64,000 nt of DNA from the human T2T-CHM13v2.0 reference genome, Homo sapiens. Positions 1-13,000 of this stretch are shown here, piece after piece. The stretch lies in NCBI RefSeq assembly GCF_009914755.1, contig NC_060946.1; one strand, given 5' to 3'. The position numbers were made by a program, and so were the translations under genes. Below the pieces are notes generated by a model. It searched no databases, was not told the origin of the DNA, and saw nothing but the letters and a program-made list of their open reading frames with translations. The first letter of the stretch is position 1. Every line of letters starts with the position of its first letter.

Positions 1-328
1 TCTCTGCACTGATCACCCAGGTGATTCAACTCTTGACTAGGAACTGCCTACAGAGGTTATTGTGAAATATCTCTGCACTGATAAACTAGGTGGTGTAACC
101 CTTGTCCAAGCTCTGCCTACAGGGGCGTTTCCACATATCCCTGAACTGATGACAGAGGTGATGTAACTCTTGCCTAGGCTTTGCCTACAGGGAACATTGG
201 ACATATATCTGCACTGATCACCCAGGTGATGCAACTCTTGCCTAGGCTTTGCCTACAGGGGACATTGTGACATATCTCTTCAATGATGACTCATGTGATG
301 CATCTCTTGCCTAGGGTTTGCCTACAGG

Positions 329-425
329 GGACATTGTGACATATCTCTGCACTGATCTCCCAGGTGCTGTAACTTTAGTCTAGGCTCTGGCTACACGGCA
401 TTGTGACATATCACTGCACTGATCA
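329..425 (+). repeat. 97-bp intra-HOR direct repeat, copy 1 (end of m5, all of m6, start of m7)
   Basis: GGACATTGTGACATATCTCTGCACT-GATCTCCCAGGTGCTGTAACTTTAGTCTAGGCTCTGGCTACACGGCATTGTGACATATCACTGCACT-GATCA is identical to 941-1037. It recurs in every full HOR with occasional SNVs. Confidence 0.92.
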
Positions 426-940
426 ACCAGGTGATATAACTCTTGTATAGGCTCTGCCTACAGGGGGATTGTGACCTACCTCTGCACTGATCACCCAGGT
501 GATATAACTGTTCTCTAGCACCTTCCTACAGGGTACTTTGTGACATATCCCTGCATTGATCACCCAGGTGATCTATCTCTGCTCTAAGCTCTGCCTAAAG
601 GGGCATTGTGACAGATCTCTGCACTGATCACTCAGGTGATGTAAGTATTGTCTAGGCTCTGCTTCAAGGGGCCTTGTCACATATCTCTGCACTGATCACC
701 CAGGTGATGTAACTCTTGTCTAGGCTCTGCTTCCAGGGCATATTGTGACATATCTATGCACTGATCACCTTAGTGATGTAACACTTTGGTAGGCTCGTCC
801 ACAGGGGAATCTTGACATATCTCTGCACTGTTAACCGAGGTGATTTAACTCTTGTCTAGGCTGTGCCCACAGGGGGATTGAGACATATCTCTGCACTGAT
901 CCCGAGGTGATACAACTCTTGCCTGGTCTCTGCCTACTGT

Positions 941-1037
941 GGACATTGTGACATATCTCTGCACTGATCTCCCAGGTGCTGTAACTTTAGTCTAGGCTCT
1001 GGCTACACGGCATTGTGACATATCACTGCACTGATCA
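941..1037 (+). repeat. 97-bp intra-HOR direct repeat, copy 2 (end of m14, all of m15, start of m16)
   Basis: Identical to 329-425 in U1. Offset is 612 bp in U1 and 613 bp in units without the m12 1-bp deletion. Confidence 0.92.
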
Positions 1038-4000
1038 CCCAGGCGATATAACTCTTCTCTAGGATCTGACCACAGGGTGCTTTGTGACATATCCCTGCAA
1101 TGATCACCCAGGTGATATACCACTTGCCAAGGCTCTGCCTACAGGGGCATTGCAATGTATCTCTGCACTGATCACCTAGGTCTTGTAGCTATTTTCTAGG
1201 ATCTGCCTACAGGGTGCTTTGTGACGTGTCCCAGCAAGGATTACCCAGGTGATGTACCTCTCATCAAGGCTCTGCCTACAGGCACATTGTGATGTATCTC
1301 TGCACTGATCACCTAGGTCATGTAACTTTTGTCTAGGCTCTACCTACGATGGCATTGTGACATATCTCTGCACTAATCATCCAAGTGATGTAACTCTTGT
1401 CTAGGATGTGCCTAAATTAACTTTTTGACATAACCCTGTACTGATCATCCAGGTGATGGAGCTTTTGTCTAGGCTCTGCCTAAGGGGGCATTGTGACATA
1501 TTTCTGCATTGATCACCCAGGTGGCGAACTCTTCTCTCGGATCTGCCTATGGGGGCATTGTGAGAAATCTCTGCACTGATCACCCAGGTGATGTAACTGT
1601 TGTGTAACCTCTGCCTACAGGGGAATTGTGAGAGATCTCGTCACTGATTACCCAAGTGATATAACCGTTGTCTAGGCTTTGCATACAGGGGGCTTTGTGA
1701 CATACCTTTGCACTGATCACTCAGGTGATGTAACACATCTAAGTTCGGCCTAAAGGAGCTTTGTGACATACCTCTGCACTGATCACTTAGGTGATGTAAC
1801 ACTTTTATAATCACTGCCTACAGGGAATTTTGACAAATCTCTGCACTGATCACCTAGGTGATGTAACTCTTGTCTACCCTCTGTCCAACGGGGCATTGTG
1901 AAATATCTCTGCACTGATCACCCAGGTGATTCAACTCTTGACTAGGAACTGCCTACAGAGTTTATTGTGAAATATCTCTGCACTGATAAACAAGGTGGTG
2001 TAACCCTTGTCCAAGCTCTGCCTACAGGGGCGTTTCCACATATCCCTGAACTGATGACAGAGGTGATGTAACTCTTGCCTAGGCTTTGCCTACAGGGAAC
2101 ATTGGACATATATCTGCACTGATCACCCAGGTGATGCAACTCTTGCCTAGGCTTTGCCTACAGGGGACATTGTGACATATCTCTTCAATGATCACTCATG
2201 TGATGCATCTCTTGCCTAGGCTTTGCCTACAGGGGACATTGTGACATATCTCTGCACTGATCTCCCAGGTGCTGTAACTTTAGTCTAGGCTCTGGCTACA
2301 CGGCATTGTGACATATCACTGCACTGATCAACCAGGTGATATAACTCTTGTATAGGCTCTGCCTACAGGGGGATTGTGACCTACCTCTGCACTGATCACC
2401 CAGGTGATATAACTCTTCTCTAGCACCTTCCTACAGGGTACTTTGTGACATATCTCTGCATTGATCACCCAGGTGATCTATCTCTGGTCTAAGCTCTGCC
2501 TAAAGGGGCATTGTGACAGATCTCTGCACTGATCACTCAGGTGATGGAAGTATTGTCTAGGCTCTGCTTCAAGGGGCCTTGTCACATATCCCTGCACTGA
2601 TCACCCAGGTGATGTAACTCTTGTCTAGGCTCTGCTTCCAGGGCATATTGTGACATATCTATGCACTGATCACCTTAGTGATGTAACACTTTGGTAGGCT
2701 CGGCCTACAGGGGAATCTTGACATATCTCTGCACTGTTAACCGAGGTGATTTAACTCTTGTCTAGGCTGTGCCCACAGGGGGATTGAGACATATCTCTGC
2801 ACTGATCCCGAGGTGATACAACTCTTGCCTGGTGTCTGCCTACTGTGGACATTGTGACATATCTCTGCACTGATCTCCCAGGTGCTGTAACTTTAGTCAA
2901 GGCTCTGGCTACACGGCATTGTGACATATCACTGCACTGATCACCCAGGCGGTATAACTCTTCTCTAGGATCTGACCACATTGTGCTTTGTGACATATCC
3001 CTGCAATGATCACCCAGGTGATATACCACTTGCCAAGGCTCTGCCTACAGGGGCATTGCAATGTATCTCTGCACTGATCACCTAGGTCTTGTAGCTATTT
3101 TCTAGGATCTGCCTACATGGTGCTTTGTGACGTGTCCCAGTAAGGATTACCCAGGTGATGTACCTCTCATCAAGGCTCTGCCTACAGGCACATTGTGATG
3201 TATCTCTGCACTGATCACCTAGGTCATGTAAATTTTGTCTAGGCTCTACCTACGATGGCATTGTGACATATCTCTGCACTAATCATCCAAGTGATGTAAC
3301 TCTTGTCTAGGATGTGCCTAAATTAACTTTTTGACATAACCCTGTACTGATCATCCAGGTGATGGAGCTTTTGTCTAGGCTCTGCCTAATGGGGCATTGT
3401 GACATATTTCTGCATTGATCACCCAGGTGGCGAACTCTTCTCTCGGATCTGCCTATGGGGGCATTGTGAGAAATCTCTGCACTGATCACCCAGGTGAGGT
3501 AACTGTTGTGTAACCTGTGCCTACAGGGGAATTGTGAGAGATCTCGTCACTGATTACACAAGTGATGTAACCGTTGTCTAGGCTTTGCATACAGGGGGCT
3601 TTGTGACATACCTTTGCACTGATCACTCAGGTGATGTAACACATCTAAGTTCGGCCTAAAGGAGCTTTGTGACATACCTCTGCACTGATCACTTAGGTGA
3701 TGTAACACTTTTATAATCACTGCCTACAGGGAATTTTGACAAATCTCTGCACTGATCACCTAGGTGATGTAACTCTTGTCTACCCTCTGTCCAACTTGAC
3801 ATTGTGAAATATCTCTGCACTGATCACCCAGGTGATTCAACTCTTGACTAGGAACTGCCGACAGAGGTTATTGTGAAATATCTCTGCACTGATAAACTAG
3901 GTGGTGTAACCCTTGTCCAAGCTCTGCCTACAGGGGCGTTTCCACATATCCCTGAACTGATGACAGAGGTGATGTACCTCTTGCCTAGGCTTTGCATACA

Positions 4001-7000
4001 GGGAACATTGGACATATATCTGCACTGATCACCCAGGTGATGCAACTCTTGCCTAGGCTTTGCCTACAGGGGACATTGTGACATATCTCTTCAATGATCA
4101 CTCATGTGATGCATCTCTTGCCTAGGCTTTGCCTACAGGGGACATTGTGACATATCTCTGCACTGATCTCCCAGGTGCTGTAACTTTAGTCTAGGCTCTG
4201 GCTACACGGCATTGTGACATATCACTGCACTGATCAACCAGGTGATATAACTCTTGTATAGGCTCTGCCTACAGGGGGATTGTGACCTACCTCTGCACTG
4301 ATCACCCAGGGGATATAACTCTTCTCTAGCACCTTCCTACAGGGTACTTTGTGACATATCCCTGCATTGATCACCCAGGTGATCTATCTCTGGTCTAAGC
4401 TCTGCCTAAAGGGGCATTGTGACAGATCTCTGCACTGATCACTCAGGTGATGTAAGTATTGTCTAGGCTCTGCTTCAAGGGGCCTTGTCACATATCCCTG
4501 CACTGATCACCCAGGTGATGTAACTCTTGTCTAGGCTCTGCTTCCAGGGCATATTGTCACATATCTATGCACTGATCACCTTAGTGATGTAACACTTTGG
4601 TAGGCTCGGCCTACAGGGGAATCTTGACATATCTCTGCACTGTTAACCGAGGTGATTTAACTCTTGTCTAGGCTGTGCCCACAGGGGGATTGAGACATAT
4701 CTCTGCACTGATCCCGAGGTGATACAACTCTTGCCTGGTCTCTGCCTACTGTGGACATTGTGACATATCTCTGCACTGATCTCCCAGGTGCTGTAACTTT
4801 AGTCTAGGCTCTGGCTACACGGCATTGTGACATATCACTGCACTGATCACCCAGGCGATATAACTCTTCTCTAGGATCTGACCACAGGGTGCTTTGTGAC
4901 ATATCCCTGCAATGATCACCCAGGTGATATACCACTTGCCAAGGCTCTGCCTACAGGGGCATTGCAATGTATCTCTGCACTGATCACCTAGGTCTTGTAG
5001 CTATTTTCTAGGATCTGCCTACAGGGTGCTTTGTGACGTGTCCCAGCAAGGATTACCCAGGTGATGTACCTCTCATCAAGGCTCTGCCTACAGGCACATT
5101 GTGATGTATCTCTGCACTGATCACCTAGGTCATGTAAATTTTGTCTAGGCTCTACCTACGATGGCATTGTGACATATCTCTGCACTAATCATCCAAGTGA
5201 TGTAACCCTTGTCTAGGATGTGCCTAAATTAACTTTTTGACATAACCCTGTACTGATCATCCAGGTGATGGAGCTTTTGTCTAGGCTCTGGCTAAGGGGG
5301 CATTGTGACATATTTCTGCATTGATCACCCAGGTGGCGAACTCTTCTCTCGGATCTGCCTATGGGGGCATTGTGAGAAATCTCTGCACTGATCACCCAGG
5401 TGATGTAACTGTTGTGTAACCTCTGCCTACAGGGGAATTGTGAGAGATCTCGTCACTGATTACCCAAGTGATGTAACCGTTGTCTAGGCTTTGCATACAG
5501 GGGGCTTTGTGACATACCTTTGCATTGATCACTCAGGTGATGTAACACATCTAAGTTCGGCCTAAAGGAGCTTTGTGACATACCTCTGCACTGATCACTT
5601 AGGTGATGTAACACTTTTATAATCACTGCCTACAGGGAATTTTGACAAATCTCTGCACTGATCACCTAGGTGATGTAACTCTTGTCTACCCTCTGTCCAA
5701 CTTGACATTGTGAAATATCTCTGCACTGATCACCCAGGTGATTCAACTCTTGACTAGGAACTGCCGACAGAGGTTATTGTGGAATATCTCTGCACTGATA
5801 AACTAGGTGGTGTAACCCTTGTCCAAGCTCTGCCTACAGGGGCGTTTCCACATATCCCTGAACTGATGACAGAGGTGATGTAACTCTTGCCTAGGCTTTG
5901 CCTACAGGGAACATTGGACATATATCTGCACTGATCACCCAGGTGATGCAACTCTTGCCTAGGCTTTGCCTACAGGGGACATTGTGACATATCTCTTCAA
6001 TGATCACTCATGTGATGCATCTCTTGCCTAGGCTTTGCCTACAGGGGACATTGTGACATATCTCTGCACTGATCTCCCAGGTGCTGTAACTTTAGTCTAG
6101 GCTCTGGCTACACGGCATTGTGACATATCACTGCACTGATCAACCAGATGATATAACTCTTGTATAGGCTCTGCCTACAGGGGGATTGTGACCTACCTCT
6201 GCACTGATCACCCAGGGGATATAACTCTTCTCTAGCACCTTCCTACAGGGTACTTTGTGACATATCCCTGCATTGATCACCCAGGTGATCTATCTCTGGT
6301 CTAAGCTCTGCCTAAAGGGGCATTGTGACAGATCTCCGCACTGATCACTCAGGTGATGTAAGTATTGTCTAGGCTCTGCTTCAAGGGGCCTTGTCACATA
6401 TCCCTGCACTGATCACCCAGGTGATGTAACTCTTGTCTAGGCTCTGCTTCCAGGGCATATTGTGACATATCTATGCACTGATCACCTTAGTGATGTAACA
6501 CTTTGGTAGGCTCGGCCTACAGGGGAATCTTGACATATCTCTGCACTGTTAACCGAGGTGATTTAACTCTTGTCTAGGCTGTGCCCACAGGGGGATTGAG
6601 ACATATCTCTGCACTGATCCCGAGGTGATACAACTCTTGCCTGGTCTCTGCCTACTGTGGACATTGTGACATATCTCTGCACTGATCTCCCAGGTGCTGT
6701 AACTTTAGTCTAGGCTCTGGCTACACGGCATTGTGACATATCACTGCACTGATCACCCAGGTGATATAACTCTTCTCTAGGATCTGACCACAGGGTGCTT
6801 TGTGACATATCCCTGCAATGATCACCCAGGTGATATACCACTTGCCAAGGCTCTGCCTACAGGGGCATTGCAATGTATCTCTGCACTGATCACCTAGGTC
6901 TTGTAGCTATTTTCTAGGATCTGCCTACAGGGTGCTTTGTGACGTGTCCCAGCAAGGATTACCCAGGTGATGTACCTCTCATCAAGGCTCTGCCTACAGG

Positions 7001-10000
7001 CACATTGTGATGTATCTCTGCACTGATCACCTAGGTCATGTAAATTTTGTCTAGGCTCTACCTACGATGGCATTGTGACATATCTCTGCACTAATCATCC
7101 AAGTGATGTAACTCTTGTCTAGGATGTGCCTAAATTAACTTTTTGACATAACCCTGTACTGATCATCCAGGTGATGGAGCTTTTGTCTAGGCTCTGCCTA
7201 AGGGGGCATTGTGACATATTTCTGCATTGATCACCCAGGTGGCGAACTCTTCTCTCGGATCTGCCTATGGGGGCATTGTGAGAAATCTCTGCACTGATCA
7301 CCCAGGTGATGTAACTGTTGTGTAAACTCTGCCTACAGGGGAATTGTGAGAGATCTCGACACTGATTACCCAAGTGATGTAACCGTTGTCTAGGCTTTCA
7401 TACAGGGGGCTTTGTGACATACCTTTGCACTGATCACCCAGGTGATGTAACACATCTAAGTTCGGCCTAAAGGAGCTTTGTGACATATCTCTGCACTGAT
7501 CGCTTAGGTGATGTAACACTTTTATAATCACTGCCTACAGGGAATTTTGACAAACCTCTGCACTGATCACCTAGGTGATGTAACTCTTGTCTACCCTCTG
7601 TCCAACGGGGCATTGTGAAATATCTCTGCACTGATCACCCAGGTGATTCAACTCTTGACTAGGAACTGCCTACAGAGGTTATTGTGAAATATCTCTGCAC
7701 TGATAAACTAGGTGGTGTAACCCTTGTCCAAGCTCTGCCTACAGGGGCGTTTCCACATATCCCTGAACTGATGACAGAGGTGATGTAACTCTTGCCTAGG
7801 CTTTGCCTACAGGGAACATTGGACATATATCTGCACTGATCACCCAGGTGATGCAACTCTTGCCTAGGCTTTGCCTACAGGGGACATTGTGACATATCTC
7901 TTCAATGATCACTCATGTGATGCATCTCTTCCCTAGGCTTTGCCTACAGGGGACATTGTGACATATCTCTGCACTGATCTCCCAGGTGCTGTAACTTTAG
8001 TCTAGGCTCTGGCTACACGGCATTGTGACATATCACTGCACTGATCAACCAGGTGATATAACTCTTGTATAGGCTCTGCCTACAGGGGGATTGTGACCTA
8101 CCTCTGCACTGATCACCCAGGTGATATAACTCTTCTCTAGGATCTTCCTACAGGGTACTTTGTGACATATCCCTGCACTGATCACCCAGGTGATCTATCT
8201 CTGGTCTAAGCTCTGCCTAAAGGGGCATTGTGACAGATCTCTGCACTGATCACTCAGGTGATGTAAGTATTGTCTAGGCTCTGCTTCAAGGGGCCTTGTC
8301 ACATATCCCTGCACTGATCACCCAGGTGATGTAACTCTTGTCTAGGCTCTGTTTCCAGGGCATATTGTGACATATCTATGCACTGATCACCTTAGTGATG
8401 TAACACTTTGGTAGGCTCGGCCTACAGGGGAATCTTGACATATCTCTGCACTGTTAACCGAGGTGATTTAACTCTTGTCTATGCTGTGCCCACAGGGGGA
8501 TTGAGACATATCTCTGCACTGATCCCGAGGTGATACAACTCTTGCCTGGTGTCTGCCTACTGTGGACATTGTGACATATCTCTGCACTGATCTCCCAGGT
8601 GCTGTAACTTTAGTCAAGGCTCTGGCTACACGGCATTGTGACATATCACTGCACTGATCACCCAGGCGGTATAACTCTTCTCTAGGATCTGACCACATTG
8701 TGCTTTGTGACATATCCCTGCAATGATCACCCAGGTGATATACCACTTGCCAAGGCTCTGCCTACAGGGGCATTGCAATGTATCTCTGCACTGATCACCT
8801 AGGTCTTGTAGCTATTTTCTAGGATCTGCCTACATGGTGCTTTGTGACGTGTCCCAGCAAGGATTACCCAGGTGATGTACCTCTCATCAAGGCTCTGCCT
8901 ACAGGCACATTGTGATGTATCTCTGCACTGATCACCTAGGTCATGTAAATTTTGTCTACGCTCTACCTACGATGGCATTGTGACATATCTCTGCACTAAT
9001 CATCCAAGTGATGTAACTCTTGTCTAGGATGTGCCTAAATTAACTTTTTGACATAACCCTGTACTGATCATCCAGGTGATGCAGCTTTTGTCTAGGCTCT
9101 GCCTAAGGGGGCATTGTGACATATTTCTGCATTGATCACCCAGGTGGCGAACTCTTCTCTCGGATCTGCCTATGGGGGCATTGTGAGAAATCTCTGCACT
9201 GATCACCCAGGTGATGTAACTGTTGTGTTAACTCTGCCTACAGGGGAATTGTGAGAGATCTCGCCACTGATTACCCAAGTGATGTAACCGTTGTCTAGGC
9301 TTTGCGTACAGGGGGCTTTGTGACATACCTTTGCACTGATCACCCAGGTGATGTAACACATCTAAGTTCGGCCTAAAGGAGCTTTGTGACATATCTCTGC
9401 ACTGATCGCTTAGGTGATGTAACACTTTTATAATCACTGCCTACAGGGAATTTTGACAAATCTCTGCACTGATCACCTAGGTGATGTAACTCTTGTCTAC
9501 CCTCTGTCCAACGGGGCATTGTGAAATATCTCTGCACTGATCACCCAGGTGATTCAACTCTTGACTAGGAACTGCCTACAGAGGTTATTGTGAAATATCT
9601 CTGCACTGATAAACTAGGTGGTGTAACCCTTGTCCAAGCTCTGCCTACAGGGGCGTTTCCACATATCCCTGAACTGATGACAGAGGTGATGTAACTCTTG
9701 CCTAGGCTTTGCCTACAGGGAACATTGGACATATATCTGCACTGATCACCCAGGTGATGCAACTCTTGCCTAGGCTTTGCCTACAGGGGACATTGTGACA
9801 TATCTCTTCAATGATCACTCATGTGATGCATCTCTTGCCTAGGGTTTGCCTACAGGGGACATTGTGACATATCTCTGCACTGATCTCCCAGGTGCTGTAA
9901 CTTTAGTCTAGGCTCTGGCTACACGGCATTGTGACATATCACTGCACTGATCAACCAGGTGATATAACTCTTGTATAGGCTCTGCCTACAGGGGGATTGT

Positions 10001-13000
10001 GACCTACCTCTGCACTGATCACCCAGGTGATATAACTGTTCTCTAGCACCTTCCTACAGGGTACTTTGTGACATATCCCTGCATTGATCACCCAGGTGAT
10101 CTATCTCTGCTCTAAGCTCTGCCTAAAGGGGCATTGTGACAGATCTCTGCACTGATCACTCAGGTGATGTAAGTATTGTCTAGGCTCTGCTTCAAGGGGC
10201 CTTGTCACATATCTCTGCACTGATCACCCAGGTGATGTAACTCTTGTCTAGGCTCTGCTTCCAGGGCATATTGTGACATATCTATGCACTGATCACCTTA
10301 GTGATGTAACACTTTGGTAGGCTCGTCCACAGGGGAATCTTGACATATCTCTGCACTGTTAACCGAGGTGATTTAACTCTTGTCTAGGCTGTGCCCACAG
10401 GGGGATTGAGACATATCTCTGCACTGATCCCGAGGTGATACAACTCTTGCCTGGTCTCTGCCTACTGTGGACATTGTGACATATCTCTGCACTGATCTCC
10501 CAGGTGCTGTAACTTTAGTCTAGGCTCTGGCTACACGGCATTGTGACATATCACTGCACTGATCACCCAGGCGATATAACTCTTCTCTAGGATCTGACCA
10601 CAGGGTGCTTTGTGACATATCCCTGCAATGATCACCCAGGTGATATACCAGTTGCCAAGGCTCTGCCTACAGGGGCATTGCAATGTATCTCTGCACTGAT
10701 CACCTAGGTCTTGTAGCTATTTTCTAGGATCTGCCTACAGGGTGCTTTGTGACGTGTCCCAGCAAGGATTACCCAGGTGATGTACCTCTCATCAAGGCTC
10801 TGCCTACAGGCACATTGTGATGTATCTCTGCACTGATCACCTAGGTCATGTAACTTTTGTCTAGGCTCTACCTACGATGGCATTGTGACATATCTCTGCA
10901 CTAATCATCCAAGTGATGTAACTCTTGTCTAGGATGTGCCTAAATTAACTTTTTGACATAACCCTGTACTGATCATCCAGGTGATGGAGCTTTTGTCTAG
11001 GCTCTGCCTAAGGGGGCATTGTGACATATTTCTGCATTGATCACCCAGGTGGCGAACTCTTCTCTCGGATCTGCCTATGGGGGCATTGTGAGAAATCTCT
11101 GCACTGATCACCCAGGTGATGTAACTGTTGTGTAACCTCTGCCTACAGGGGAATTGTGAGAGATCTCGTCACTGATTACCCAAGTGATATAACCGTTGTC
11201 TAGGCTTTGCATACAGGGGGCTTTGTGACATACCTTTGCACTGATCACTCAGGTGATGTAACACATCTAAGTTCGGCCTGAAGGAGCTTTGTGACATACC
11301 TCTGCACTGATCACTTAGGTGATGTAACACTTTTATAATCACTGCCTACAGGGAATTTTGACAAATCTCTGCACTGATCACCTAGGTGATGTAACTCTTG
11401 TCTACCCTCTGTCCAACTTGACATTGTGAAATATCTCTGCACTGATCACCCAGGTGATTCAACTCTTGACTAGGAACTGCCGACAGAGGTTATTGTGAAA
11501 TATCTCTGCACTGATAAACTAGGTGGTGTAACCCTTGTCCAAGCTCTGCCTACAGGGGCGTTTCCACATATCCCTGAACTGATGACAGAGGTGATGTAAC
11601 TCTTGCCTAGGCTTTGCCTACAGGGAACATTGGACATATATCTGCACTGATCACCCAGGTGATGCAACTCTTGCCTAGGCTTTGCCTACAGGGGACATTG
11701 TGACATATCTCTTCAATGATCACTCATGTGATGCATCTCTTGCCTAGGCTTTGCCTACAGGGGACATTGTGACATATCTCTGCACTGATCTCCCAGGTGC
11801 TGTAACTTTAGTCTAGGCTCTGGATACACGGCATTGTGACATATCACTGCACTGATCAACCAGGTGATATAACTCTTGTATAGGCTCTGCCTACAGGGGG
11901 ATTGTGACCTACCTCTGCACTGATCACCCAGGGGATATAACTCTTCTCTAGCACCTTCCTACAGGGTACTTTGTGACATATCCCTGCATTGATCACCCAG
12001 GTGATCTATCTCTGGTCTAAGCTCTGCCTAAAGGGGCATTGTGACAGATCTCTGCACTGATCACTCAGGTGATGTAAGTATTGTCTAGGCTCTGCTTCAA
12101 GGGGCCTTGTCACATATCCCTGCACTGATCACCCAGGTGATGTAACTCTTGTCTAGGCTCTGCTTCCAGGGCATATTGTGACATATCTATGCACTGATCA
12201 CCTTAGTGATGTAACACTTTGGTAGGCTCGGCCTACAGGGGAATCTTGACATATCTCTGCACTGTTAACCGAGGTGATTTAACTCTTGTCTAGGCTGTGC
12301 CCACAGGGGGATTGAGACATATCTCTGCACTGATCCCGAGGTGATACAACTCTTGCCTGGTCTCTGCCTACTGTGGACATTGTGACATATCTCTGCACTG
12401 ATCTCCCAGGTGCTGTAACTTTAGTCTAGGCTCTGGCTACACGGCATTGTGACATATCACTGCACTGATCACCCAGGCGATATAACTCTTCTCTAGGATC
12501 TGACCACAGGGTGCTTTGTGACATATCCCTGCAATGATCACCCAGGTGATATACCACTTGCCAAGGCTCTGCCTACAGGGGCATTGCAATGTATCTCTGC
12601 ACTGATCACCTAGGTCTTGTAGCTATTTTCTAGGATCTGCCTACAGGGTGCTTTGTGACGTGTCCCAGCAAGGATTACCCAGGTGATGTACCTCTCATCA
12701 AGGCTCTGCCTACAGGCACATTGTGATGTATCTCTGCACTGATCACCTAGGTCATGTAAATTTTGTCTAGGCTCTACCTACGATGACATTGTGACATATC
12801 TCTGCACTAATCATCCAAGTGATGTAACTCTTGTCTAGGATGTGCCTAAATTAACTTTTTGACATAACCCTGTACTGATCATCCAGGTGATGGAGCTTTT
12901 GTCTAGGCTCTGCCTAAGGGGGCATTGTGACATATTTCTACATTGATCACCCAGGTGGCGAACTCTTCTCTCGGATCTGCCTATGGGGGCATTGTGAGAA

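Larger units (their letters stand above)
11..1915 (+). repeat. Reference 28-monomer HOR unit (U1, 1905 bp, haplotype A)
   Basis: Monomer starts read directly: 11, 80, 148, 216, 285, 354, 421, 489, 558, 626, 694, 763, 830, 898, 966, 1033, 1102, 1170, 1239, 1307, 1375, 1443, 1511, 1578, 1646, 1715, 1781, 1848. The next unit starts at 1916 with the same GATCACCCAGGTGATTCAACTCTTGACTAGGAAC. The phase of the unit is arbitrary. Confidence 0.95.

Noticed and set aside
18-25. CAG/GTGAT resembling a 5' splice donor, and TTTTATAA (m27, ~1803) resembling a TATA box
   Set aside because: These are short matches inherent to the satellite sequence, with no gene context or transcript evidence available from the sequence.
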